From Marinobacter sp. (lineage in GTDB: Bacteria > Pseudomonadota > Gammaproteobacteria > Pseudomonadales > Oleiphilaceae): a DNA stretch of 64,000 bases. Position numbers and translations under genes: made by a program. The notes below the pieces were generated by a model. The model saw nothing but the letters and a program-made list of their open reading frames with translations, did no database searches and had not been told where the DNA came from. Shown piece after piece: positions 44,716 through 53,631 of the stretch. Position 1 is the first letter of the stretch. Each line of letters starts with the position of its first letter. Where the stretch lies: contig NZ_JAWVYN010000008.1 of assembly GCF_033722735.1 (NCBI RefSeq), forward strand, positions 12,125 through 76,124, given 5' to 3'.

Positions 44716-45102
44716 TCAGCTCTTCAGCTTGTATTTGCCCGGCCCCAGGAAGATCAGGGCCAAGGCGGTGAACAGGAAGAAACCCTGCAGTTCCAGTGCC
44801 CAACCGCCGGAGCCGCTGAGTGCCAGCAGCTCGTGACTGTGCACCAGGGCAATGGCCACCAGCATGTTGAACACGATAATCACCGCGCCGATGCGGGTCT
44901 GGTAGCCCAGTATCACCATCAGCGGCGCAATCACTTCACCAATATAGACACCATAGGCGAAGAAGGCGGGAATACCATGACTGGTCAGCTGACCTTCGAT
45001 AAAGTCGATGCCGTGGATCAGCTTGGCAATGCCGTGGAACAGCAGCAGGCCGCCCAGGGTCAGGCGAACGATAAGCTTGCCGATATCTGCGTTATCGAGC
45101 AC
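44716..45102 (-). CDS. DoxX-family membrane protein
   Basis: 128 aa with four TM helices: LIVRLTLGGLLLFHGIAKL... Confidence 0.75.
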   Translation of the reverse strand: MLDNADIGKLIVRLTLGGLLLFHGIAKLIHGIDFIEGQLTSHGIPAFFAYGVYIGEVIAPLMVILGYQTRIGAVIIVFNMLVAIALVHSHELLALSGSGGWALELQGFFLFTALALIFLGPGKYKLKS

Positions 45103-45137
45103 GTTTTTCTCCTACGAACAGGGATCTACCAGAAGGA

Positions 45138-45152
45138 ACGCTAGCCTAGCGT
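45138..45152. promoter_or_regulatory. 15-bp perfect-armed palindrome upstream of the DoxX gene
   Basis: ACGCTAG-C-CTAGCGT, 36 nt upstream of the DoxX start. Confidence 0.25.
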
Positions 45153-45195
45153 AATTGTCGGGTGGCGCAAAGCGTGGGGATGATCGGACGGAAGA

Positions 45196-45843
45196 CTAGA
45201 AACCGTTGCCCAGGGTCAGGCGGATGTGGTTGCGCACCAGCAGGTTTTCCCAGTACTCCCGCATCCAGTCCCAGGCGGCGTGTTGGGCCTGGTCGACAAA
45301 CGGGTCCAGGTCCAGTTCGTAGTAGTCGGGGGTGCCGGCAATCTGCAACATGGTGACGGTGATGGACTCGTCCAGCTCGTTGGAGAAGGGTTCGCCGATC
45401 AGTTGATGGGCCAGCAGGTTGGCGCGGGTGGCTTCCACATCCACCAACCGGCTGCTGCGGATGGACCGGTTGTTCTCGTACATCTCCTCCATCAGCCGGT
45501 GACACAGGTAGGCCCGGATCAACAGGCCGTCCAGGCCCTCGTGACGGGCCAGCAGTTCCGATGGCTGGGTGAAATAACGGGTGGCGGCCTCGACAAACGG
45601 CGCGAACAGCTCCAGGCAGCCGGCTTCGCGGGCACAGGCCTCAACACACTCAATCAGCCGGGGGGCCATCTCGATGTATTCCACGGCAAACTGGAACAGG
45701 CTGATGGCCGGTTGGTAGCCGTCAACGGTAATACTGGCCGGGAGCGCTGACGCACGCGCCCGCATCTGCCGGAGGAACTCTCCGGAGTGGGCTTCCTGCC
45801 GGCGCGCCTGGTCGATGATGTTGAGTAATACCGCTGGTGTCAT
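45196..45843 (-). CDS. Hypothetical protein, no recognised family
   Basis: Coding-like ORF. The ATG at 45843 gives 215 aa (MTPAVLLNIIDQARRQEAH...). Alternative starts are 45897 and 45972. None has a convincing SD. Confidence 0.5.
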   Translation of the reverse strand: MTPAVLLNIIDQARRQEAHSGEFLRQMRARASALPASITVDGYQPAISLFQFAVEYIEMAPRLIECVEACAREAGCLELFAPFVEAATRYFTQPSELLARHEGLDGLLIRAYLCHRLMEEMYENNRSIRSSRLVDVEATRANLLAHQLIGEPFSNELDESITVTMLQIAGTPDYYELDLDPFVDQAQHAAWDWMREYWENLLVRNHIRLTLGNGF

Positions 45844-46031
45844 ATCAGGAGAAGCCGGTGATTCAACGGAGTAGGGTCGCAAGGCGCCTCCCGCCATTCT
45901 GGTCCCGTCCCAAGAGCCAGGTTCCGGGTCTTCGCCCTCCCTGGTCGCCGTCAGCCCCTTGCCGATGGGCAATGCGGGGCCTCTTGAAAGAAGTGTAGTT
46001 GAGTTTTAACAGAGTGCCTGTACAAGCCCGA

Positions 46032-47372
46032 TTACGTGAACCAGCGGTCGTTTTGAAGATCTTTGACAATTCGCCAGGCCATGCTGGCGGCCCTGGCCAC
46101 CATCAGACAGATCAGCGAAAACCACAAGCCATGATTGCCCCAGCCGGTGGTCAGCCACCACACCGGCAGGAACACCACCACCGCCGAGAACAGCATGCTG
46201 TTCTGCATCTCCCGGGTGCGGGTGGCGCCGATGAAAATGCCGTCCAGCAGGAAGCCGCCCACCGACGCCAGCGGCAGCAGCCACAGCCAGGGCAGGTATT
46301 GCCAGGCGGCGTGCTGGACCGCCTCGATGCTCGTCAACAGACCAATCAGCCCGGGCCCGGCCAGCACGAACACGGCGGTGAACAGCACCGCCCCCCAGAC
46401 GGACCAGCGCAGGGTGGCGGCACAGGTCCGGCGGAAGTAACGACGGTCCTGCTGGCCGATGGCCTCCCCCACCATGGCTTCGGCCGCGTTGGCGAAGCCG
46501 TCCAGGCCATTGGAGATCACCATCAGGAAGGTGATCAGCACCGCGTTGGCGGCCAGGATGACGTCCCCCTGGCGGGCGCCCTGGGCGGTGAAGAAGGCCA
46601 GCACCAGCAACAGGGTGACTGTGCGCACCAGGATGTAGCGGTTGACCCGCAGGAGGGCGGCGTAGTCGGTCAGGGTTCCCAGCAGGTGCCGCAGGCGGAA
46701 CCGGGTGGCGGGGAGTCGGCCCAGCACCAGCCAGGCGCCAAGGCCGGCGGCGGCGTATTCGGCGATCACGGTGGCCAGCGCCACTCCCCGGCTGTTCCAG
46801 CCCAGGCCGGTGACGAACAGCACATCCAGCAGGATGTTCAGGCCGTTGGCGGCAATCAGCATCAACATCGGGCCGCGGGGAAACTGGGTACCGATCATCC
46901 AGCCCACCAGGGTGTATTGGCAGAGCACCGCCGGGGCACTCCAGATCCGGATGGCGGCGTACTCGGCGGCCAGCGCTGCCACCGCAGGGCTTGGATTCAT
47001 CAGCGCCAGACCCAGCTCGATTACCGGTCGGTGGCCCAGGATCAGCAGCCCGCCAATCGCCATGGCAAGCAACAGCGAGCGCAATAACAGGGCGGTCTGG
47101 CCGAAGCCGTCCCGGCGTCCGTAGGCCTGGGCCGCCAGGCCGGTGGTGCCCATGCGCATGAAGCCGAAGGTCCAGTACAGCAGGGTGAACAGGTTGGCCC
47201 CGATCGCCACCGCGCCCAGGTATTCCGGGCTCGCCAGGTGGCCCAGTACGGCGGTGTCCACCAACCCCAGCAGGGGGACCGTCAGGTTGGTGAGCATCAT
47301 CGGCCAGGCCAGGGCCCAGAGGCGTCGATCCAGGGTAGGCAGGGTCAGCCCGGAAAGTTTGGGTAACGGCAT
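46032..47372 (-). CDS. MATE-family efflux transporter (DinF-like)
   Basis: 446 aa, 12 TM: LWALAWPMMLTNLTVPLLGLVDTAVLGHL... Confidence 0.85.
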   Translation of the reverse strand: MPLPKLSGLTLPTLDRRLWALAWPMMLTNLTVPLLGLVDTAVLGHLASPEYLGAVAIGANLFTLLYWTFGFMRMGTTGLAAQAYGRRDGFGQTALLLRSLLLAMAIGGLLILGHRPVIELGLALMNPSPAVAALAAEYAAIRIWSAPAVLCQYTLVGWMIGTQFPRGPMLMLIAANGLNILLDVLFVTGLGWNSRGVALATVIAEYAAAGLGAWLVLGRLPATRFRLRHLLGTLTDYAALLRVNRYILVRTVTLLLVLAFFTAQGARQGDVILAANAVLITFLMVISNGLDGFANAAEAMVGEAIGQQDRRYFRRTCAATLRWSVWGAVLFTAVFVLAGPGLIGLLTSIEAVQHAAWQYLPWLWLLPLASVGGFLLDGIFIGATRTREMQNSMLFSAVVVFLPVWWLTTGWGNHGLWFSLICLMVARAASMAWRIVKDLQNDRWFT

Positions 47373-47608
47373 AGGGACATTGGGGGAGTGAATGGCTGTT
47401 TAGAAATTTTAATTATAAAAAAACCTTGTTAATAGTCGTTTATTGTTTAGTCGATTTTTAGCATTTCCCAAACCCCTGTCTATACTCATCAATGATTAAT
47501 CCGTGAGCAGACTTCCACTTCGGTTCTAACGGTGCGTGCGAACACCGTCGGTTTCCGGAGCGGTGCGTTAGAAAATCCGACAAGAATAATCCTCTGCGGA
47601 GACACACT

Positions 47609-48733
47609 ATGGGCGTGCACGCAATGCGGGCAGGTGTCCTCGCGGGTGGGCTGTTGCTGCCAGCCTGGTCCATGGCGGACTGGACTCTCAACATGACACC
47701 CGGCGTTACCGGCACCAGTAACGAGATTTTCAGCCTCCACATGACCATCCTCTGGATCTGCGTCGCCATTGGCGTGGTGGTGTTCGGGGTCATGTTCTGG
47801 TCGATCCTGGCCCACCGCAAATCCGAGGGCCACAAACCCGCTCACTTCCATGAGCACACCGCGGTGGAGGTGGCCTGGACCATTGTCCCCTTCGTCATCC
47901 TGGTGATCATGGCCATTCCGGCCACCGCCACCCTGGTGGATATGTACGACACCGGGGAGTCGGACATCGACATCAAGGTCACCGGTTACCAGTGGAAGTG
48001 GCGTTACGACTACATCAATGACGACTTCGGCTACTTCTCCAACCTGGCCACCAGCCAGGACGAAATCTACAACCGGGCGGAAAAGTCGGAGAACTACCTG
48101 CTGGACGTGGACAACCCCCTGGTGATTCCGGTGGGCAAGAAGATCCGTTTCCTGGTTACCGCCAACGACGTCATCCATTCCTGGTGGGTGCCGGCCTTCG
48201 GGGTGAAGAAGGACGCCATCCCCGGCTTCATCAATGAAACCTGGACCCGGGTGGATGAACCCGGCATCTACCGCGGCCAGTGCACCGAGCTGTGCGGCAA
48301 GGACCATGGCTTCATGCCGGTGGTGGTGAAGGCCGTGCCCCAGGAGGAATACGACGCCTGGAAGCAGGAGCAGATTGCCGCGGCGGAACGGGAGCGCCAA
48401 CTCACCGAGAAGGACTGGACCCTGGAGGAGCTCATCGAGCGGGGTGAAGGGGTCTACGCCACCAACTGCGCCGCCTGTCACCAGGCCAATGGTGCCGGTG
48501 TGCCGCCGACCTTCCCGGCCCTCAAGGGCAGCCCGATCGTGACCGAGGACCTGCAGGCCCACCTGGACGTGGTGGTCAATGGGGTGTCCGGCACCGCCAT
48601 GCAGGCGTTCGGACCTCAGCTCTCCGAGGCGGACCTGGCGGCGGTCATTACCTACGAGCGCAATGCCTGGGGTCACAACACCGGCGAGATGGTCACGCCG
48701 AAACAGGTTTTCGATTACAAGAACCAGCAGTAA
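47609..48733 (+). CDS. coxB: Cytochrome c oxidase (aa3) subunit II with C-terminal cytochrome c domain
   Basis: 374 aa. CuA site HSWWVPAFGVKKDA..GQCTELCGKDHGFM and haem c motif CAACHQ. GGAGA SD upstream. Confidence 0.93.
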   Translation: MGVHAMRAGVLAGGLLLPAWSMADWTLNMTPGVTGTSNEIFSLHMTILWICVAIGVVVFGVMFWSILAHRKSEGHKPAHFHEHTAVEVAWTIVPFVILVIMAIPATATLVDMYDTGESDIDIKVTGYQWKWRYDYINDDFGYFSNLATSQDEIYNRAEKSENYLLDVDNPLVIPVGKKIRFLVTANDVIHSWWVPAFGVKKDAIPGFINETWTRVDEPGIYRGQCTELCGKDHGFMPVVVKAVPQEEYDAWKQEQIAAAERERQLTEKDWTLEELIERGEGVYATNCAACHQANGAGVPPTFPALKGSPIVTEDLQAHLDVVVNGVSGTAMQAFGPQLSEADLAAVITYERNAWGHNTGEMVTPKQVFDYKNQQ

Positions 48734-48782
48734 CTGACTGACAATCGCCACCGGCTGGTCCGGTGGCCACAGGGGGTCTTTC

Positions 48783-50366
48783 ATGAGTGCGGTTATCGAT
48801 ACCCACACCGGAGAGCATCATCACGGGCCCGCCAAGGGCTACACCCGTTGGCTGTTTACCACCAACCACAAAGACATCGGCACCATGTACCTGGTGTTCA
48901 GTTTCGCCATGTTCCTGTTTGGCGGCAGCATGGCGATGGTGATCCGGGCCGAACTGTTCCAGCCCGGCTTGCAGATCGTCAATCCGGAATTCTTCAACCA
49001 GATGACCACCATGCACGGGTTGATCATGGTGTTTGGGGCGGTGATGCCGGCCTTCGTCGGCCTGGCCAACTGGATGTTGCCGATGATGGTGGGGGCCCCG
49101 GACATGGCGCTGCCACGGATGAACAACTGGAGCTTCTGGCTGTTGCCCTGTGCCTTCCTGATCCTGGCCTCCACCCTGTTCATGGAAGGCGGCGCACCGA
49201 ACTTCGGCTGGACCTTCTACGCACCGCTGTCCACCACCTACGGGCCACCGAGTACCACCTTCTTCATCTTCGCGGTCCACATCATGGGGATCTCCTCGAT
49301 CATGGGGGCGATCAACGTCATCGCCACCATCCTCAACCTGCGGGCGCCGGGCATGACCCTGATGAAGATGCCGCTGTTCGTCTGGACCTGGCTGATCACC
49401 GCCTTCCTGCTGATTGCGGTAATGCCGGTGCTGGCGGGCGTGGTGACCATGATGCTGATGGACATCAACTTCGGCACCAGCTTCTTCGACGCCAGCGGTG
49501 GCGGTGACCCGGTGCTGTTCCAGCACGTGTTCTGGTTCTTCGGCCACCCCGAGGTCTACATCATGATCCTGCCGGCCTTCGGCGCGGTGTCCCACATTAT
49601 TCCGGCCTTCTCCCGCAAGCGGCTGTTCGGCTATGCCTCGATGGTCTATGCGGTGGGGGCCATCGCCCTGCTCTCCTTCGTGGTCTGGGCCCATCACATG
49701 TTCACCGTGGGCGTGCCCATCGCCGGCCAGTTGTTCTTCATGTACGCCACCATGCTGATTGCGGTGCCCACCGGGGTGAAGGTATTCAACTGGGTGACCA
49801 CCATGTTCCGCGGCTCGCTCACCTTCGAGGCGCCCATGCTGTTTGCGGTGGCCTTCGTCATCCTGTTCACCATCGGCGGTTTCTCCGGCCTGATGCTGGC
49901 CATTGCCCCCGCCGACTTCCAGTACCACGACACCTACTTCGTGGTCGCCCATTTCCACTACGTGCTGGTGCCCGGCGCCATCTTCGGCATCTTCGCCTCC
50001 GCCTACTTCTGGCTGCCCAAGTGGACCGGCCACATGTACGACGAGACCCTGGCCAAGACCCATTTCTGGCTGTCGTTCATCGGCATGAACCTGGCTTTCT
50101 TCCCGATGCACTTCCTGGGGCTGGCGGGCATGCCCCGGCGGATCCCGGACTACGCCCTGCAGTTTGCCGACTTCAACATGGTCTCCAGCATCGGCGCCTT
50201 CATGTTCGGCGCCACCCAACTGCTGTTCCTGGTGATCGTGGTCAAGTGCATCAAGGGCGGCGAGAAGGCTCCGGCCAAACCCTGGGAAGGCGCAGAGGGG
50301 CTGGAATGGACCTTGCCCTCGCCGCCGCCGTACCACAGTTTCCAGACACCGCCGGAAGTCAAATAA
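48783..50366 (+). CDS. coxA: Cytochrome c oxidase subunit I
   Basis: 527 aa: WLFTTNHKDIGTMYL..., GHPEVYILILP-type motif, HHMFTVG. Confidence 0.96.
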   Translation: MSAVIDTHTGEHHHGPAKGYTRWLFTTNHKDIGTMYLVFSFAMFLFGGSMAMVIRAELFQPGLQIVNPEFFNQMTTMHGLIMVFGAVMPAFVGLANWMLPMMVGAPDMALPRMNNWSFWLLPCAFLILASTLFMEGGAPNFGWTFYAPLSTTYGPPSTTFFIFAVHIMGISSIMGAINVIATILNLRAPGMTLMKMPLFVWTWLITAFLLIAVMPVLAGVVTMMLMDINFGTSFFDASGGGDPVLFQHVFWFFGHPEVYIMILPAFGAVSHIIPAFSRKRLFGYASMVYAVGAIALLSFVVWAHHMFTVGVPIAGQLFFMYATMLIAVPTGVKVFNWVTTMFRGSLTFEAPMLFAVAFVILFTIGGFSGLMLAIAPADFQYHDTYFVVAHFHYVLVPGAIFGIFASAYFWLPKWTGHMYDETLAKTHFWLSFIGMNLAFFPMHFLGLAGMPRRIPDYALQFADFNMVSSIGAFMFGATQLLFLVIVVKCIKGGEKAPAKPWEGAEGLEWTLPSPPPYHSFQTPPEVK

Positions 50367-50381
50367 CGGCAGGGAGGAGCC

Positions 50382-50975
50382 ATGGCCGAGTCGCAGCAAC
50401 CGTCGACACGATCCAACGCCCGGGTGATCGCCTGGTGCCTGGCGGGGGTGGTGGGCATGTTCGGCTTCGGCTTTGCCATGGTGCCGCTGTATGAGGTGTT
50501 CTGTGACATTACCGGCATCAACGGCAAGACCGGCGGTCGTTACGAGAGCGTCGGCCAACTGGAACGGGACGAGACCCGGACCGTGGAGGTGCAGTTCATT
50601 GCCCAGAACGGGCCGGGCATGCCGTGGGTGTTCAAACCGGTGACCCGGAGTGTCGAGGTTCATCCGGGCGAGGCCACCACGGTGACCTTCTATGCCGAGA
50701 ATCCCACCACCGATGAGATGGTGGGCCAGGCGGTACCGAGTCTGGCGCCGGCGGAAGGCACCCTGTATTTCCACAAGACCGAGTGCTTCTGCTTCAACCA
50801 GCAGACCCTGCAGGCCGGGGAAACCGTGCGGATGCCGTTGGTGTTTATCGTCGACCAGGCGCTGCCGGAGCATATCCACAAGCTCACCCTGTCCTACACC
50901 CTGTACGACCAGAGCAAGTTGCGGGAAGTGTCCCGCATTGAGCAGGCAATAACGACAACAAACGGTAACGGATAA
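50382..50975 (+). CDS. ctaG: Cytochrome c oxidase assembly protein CtaG/Cox11
   Basis: 197 aa with an N-terminal TM and the CFCF motif (KTECFCFNQQTL). Confidence 0.9.
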   Translation: MAESQQPSTRSNARVIAWCLAGVVGMFGFGFAMVPLYEVFCDITGINGKTGGRYESVGQLERDETRTVEVQFIAQNGPGMPWVFKPVTRSVEVHPGEATTVTFYAENPTTDEMVGQAVPSLAPAEGTLYFHKTECFCFNQQTLQAGETVRMPLVFIVDQALPEHIHKLTLSYTLYDQSKLREVSRIEQAITTTNGNG

Positions 50976-50991
50976 TTCGTCGGAGGCTGGC

Positions 50992-51909
50992 ATGGCGACA
51001 GACCAGACGCACACCCACGAGGAGTACTCGTATCAGAAGTACTACGTGCCCGAGCAGAGCAAGTGGCCGATCATTGCCACTGTTGGTCTTGGGGTGACCC
51101 TGTTCGGCGTGGCGTCGATCATGGTGAACAGTTCCCAGGGCGAGTCCACCGGCGCCTCCTGGTTCCTGTTTCTGGTGGGCAGCCTGATCATGGCCTACAT
51201 GCTGTTTGGCTGGTTTGGCAATGTGATCGAGGAGAGCCGCTCGGGCCTGTACAGCGACCAGATGGACCGCTCCTTCCGCTGGGGCATGAGCTGGTTCATC
51301 TTCTCGGAGGTGATGTTCTTCGCCGCCTTCTTCGGTGCCCTGTTCTACGCCCGGGTGTTTGCCGTACCCTGGCTGGGGGGCGAGGGTGACCGCGGCTCAA
51401 GCAACCTGCTCTGGGAAGGGTTCCAGGCCACCTGGCCGCTGATCAATACCCCGGATCCGGAGCTCTATCCGCCGGCCAAGGAAGTGATTGGCCCCTGGGG
51501 GCTGCCGCTTTTGAACACCATCCTGCTGGTGACCTCGTCACTGACGGTGACCATCGCCCACCATGGCCTCAAGCAGAACAAGCGCGGCAAGCTGAAGCTC
51601 TGGCTGGCGGCCACCATCGCCTTGGCCCTGGGGTTTGTCTTTGTGCAGGGGTACGAGTACATCCACGCCTACCAGGACCTCAACCTCACCCTGGAATCCG
51701 GCATCTACGGCACCACCTTCTTTATGCTCACCGGCTTCCATGGGGCCCACGTGATTCTGGGGACCCTGATGCTGACTATCATGCTGGTCCGCGTTTTCAA
51801 GGGGCATTTTACGCCGGATCAGCACTTCGGGTTTGAGGCGGCCAGCTGGTACTGGCACTTCGTGGACGTGGTCTGGCTGATGCTGTTTACCTTCGTCTAC
51901 ATCCTGTAG
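50992..51909 (+). CDS. coxC: Cytochrome c oxidase subunit III
   Basis: 305 aa: ...TGFHGAHVILGTLML...WYWHFVDVVWL... Confidence 0.93.
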   Translation: MATDQTHTHEEYSYQKYYVPEQSKWPIIATVGLGVTLFGVASIMVNSSQGESTGASWFLFLVGSLIMAYMLFGWFGNVIEESRSGLYSDQMDRSFRWGMSWFIFSEVMFFAAFFGALFYARVFAVPWLGGEGDRGSSNLLWEGFQATWPLINTPDPELYPPAKEVIGPWGLPLLNTILLVTSSLTVTIAHHGLKQNKRGKLKLWLAATIALALGFVFVQGYEYIHAYQDLNLTLESGIYGTTFFMLTGFHGAHVILGTLMLTIMLVRVFKGHFTPDQHFGFEAASWYWHFVDVVWLMLFTFVYIL

Positions 51910-51922
51910 CGGGGCCAGCTGT

Positions 51923-52126
51923 TCAGGGCGTGGGGTTGAGGGTGAGGTCGCCGTGCCACAGGGCCACCACGATCAGTGCAATCAGGGCCAGGCTGAGGCC
52001 CACCCGGACCGCCAGGGAGTTAACCACCCGGTTGGTCCGGCCGCCGTCCTTGATCAGGAATACCAGGCCGGTGAACAGGCTGACCAGTACCGCAATCATC
52101 ATCAACACTATGACTGCTTTTAGCAT
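51923..52126 (-). CDS. Two-TM small membrane protein (DUF2909-like)
   Basis: 67 aa with two hydrophobic helices. It occupies the same position and opposite orientation as the small gene I recall in Pseudomonas cox clusters. Confidence 0.6.
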   Translation of the reverse strand: MLKAVIVLMMIAVLVSLFTGLVFLIKDGGRTNRVVNSLAVRVGLSLALIALIVVALWHGDLTLNPTP

Positions 52127-52187
52127 GGGGGGGCTCCGGTTGGTTTATGGGCAGACAAAGCAAAACCAGGGATCACTATAGCAAAGC

Positions 52188-53009
52188 ATGACCCGGCACG
52201 ACGTAACTCCGCCCAGGCAATGGCAGTTCAACCTCAAGCTGTTGGTGTTCAGCGGGCTGTTTTTGCCACTGTTGCTGGGGTTGGGGATCTGGCAGCTGGA
52301 GCGGGCCGGGGAAAAGGAGAGGCAATTGCAGCAATGGCAGCAGCAGGCCACGGAACTCAGTTGGCAGCAGCTGTGGCAACAAGTCCCGGAGCCGGGTCAG
52401 CCAGTGGTGCTCAAAGGGCAATTCACTGGATTCAGCTGGCTGCTCGACAACCGAACCCGGGATGGGGTTGCCGGCTACGAGGTGATGACCCTGTTTGAGG
52501 CAGTGGACGGCCCATCGGTGGTGGTCAATCGCGGCTGGTTGCGTGCGCCGGCCCGGCGGGAGACGTTACCGGCGTTCCCAACACCCCCCGGGATCGTACA
52601 GATTCGCGGCCGACTCGTGATGTTTCCTCAACCTCCGGTATTGGATACCCAGCCGCCTGCCGGGAACTGGCCACGACGGGTTCAGGCGCTCACCGCGGAA
52701 CAGGCCGGTGAAGCGTCCCCCTCATTGGCTCCCCTGGTACTCCGACTGGCCGGTGGTGACCAGCCGGGTGCCTTCCGTGCCGACTGGCAGCCTGACCGGA
52801 TGGGCCCCCAGACTCACTACGGCTATGCCCTGCAATGGTTTTCCCTGGCCCTGGTCTTGGTGATCCTCACCGTCGTGGCCAGCTATCGGCGGGTCGCCGG
52901 TTCCCCTACACCCTCATGCTCCAGCATGCCCCTTAGCTCAAGTTCGCTCTACAGCCCCAGTACCACAGGAGCCGATAATGACAACGACGACGGCCAACGC
53001 CATGACTGA
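52188..53009 (+). CDS. SURF1-family cytochrome oxidase biogenesis protein
   Basis: 273 aa with an N-terminal TM + GIWQLERAGEK, central NRGW, and a C-terminal YALQWFSLAL TM. It has an unusual ~40-aa Ser/Pro/Asp tail overlapping the next gene. Confidence 0.85.
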   Translation: MTRHDVTPPRQWQFNLKLLVFSGLFLPLLLGLGIWQLERAGEKERQLQQWQQQATELSWQQLWQQVPEPGQPVVLKGQFTGFSWLLDNRTRDGVAGYEVMTLFEAVDGPSVVVNRGWLRAPARRETLPAFPTPPGIVQIRGRLVMFPQPPVLDTQPPAGNWPRRVQALTAEQAGEASPSLAPLVLRLAGGDQPGAFRADWQPDRMGPQTHYGYALQWFSLALVLVILTVVASYRRVAGSPTPSCSSMPLSSSSLYSPSTTGADNDNDDGQRHD

Positions 53010-53625
53010 TCGCAACTCATCTCAATCCTCTCCCGAACAGATTCGCCGCGGCCGGCGCATGGCGTTGTTACTGTTCGCCGTGGGCTTCGGTCCGATGCTG
53101 GTGGCCACCGCGATGTTTTACACCGGCTGGTTCAACCCGGGCGGGCACACCAACCGGGGCGAGTTGTTACAGCCACCGCTTGCGGTTCAGGAACTGGCAT
53201 TGCTGGGGGCGGATGGACAGCCGCTGGCAGAACGCTTCGTGCCGCAAGCCACGGACTCGAAATGGCTGATGCTGGTGGTGGCGGATGCCTGTGACGAGCA
53301 GTGCGAAGAACTGCTGTACCTGGCCCGTCAGGTCAACGTCGCCCTCGGCAAGAATGCCAACCGGGTAGGCCGGGCCGCCTGGCTGGGACAAGTGCCGGTG
53401 TCCCTGAGCGAGCGTTGGCCGGAGGAGTACAACGCCATGGAACGGTTGTCGGTGATGCCCGACAACCAGCCCGCATGGCCGGACCAGCTGTCTCCGCCCA
53501 GCGTTCCGAGCCTGTTCTTGGTGGATCCCCTGGGCAACGTCATGATGCGTTATGGCAACACCCATACCGGCGAGGACATGCTCAAGGACCTCAAGCACCT
53601 CCTCAAACTGTCGCAGATCGGGTAA
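52978..53625 (+). CDS. Membrane-anchored protein of the cox cluster, divergent SCO/thioredoxin-like with a CxxxC motif
   Basis: 215 aa (207 aa if the start is ATG 53002). One TM (ALLLFAVGFGPMLVATAMF), then WLMLVVADACDEQCEELL. See findings. Confidence 0.65.
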   Translation: MTTTTANAMTDRNSSQSSPEQIRRGRRMALLLFAVGFGPMLVATAMFYTGWFNPGGHTNRGELLQPPLAVQELALLGADGQPLAERFVPQATDSKWLMLVVADACDEQCEELLYLARQVNVALGKNANRVGRAAWLGQVPVSLSERWPEEYNAMERLSVMPDNQPAWPDQLSPPSVPSLFLVDPLGNVMMRYGNTHTGEDMLKDLKHLLKLSQIG

Positions 53626-53631
53626 CGGCCC

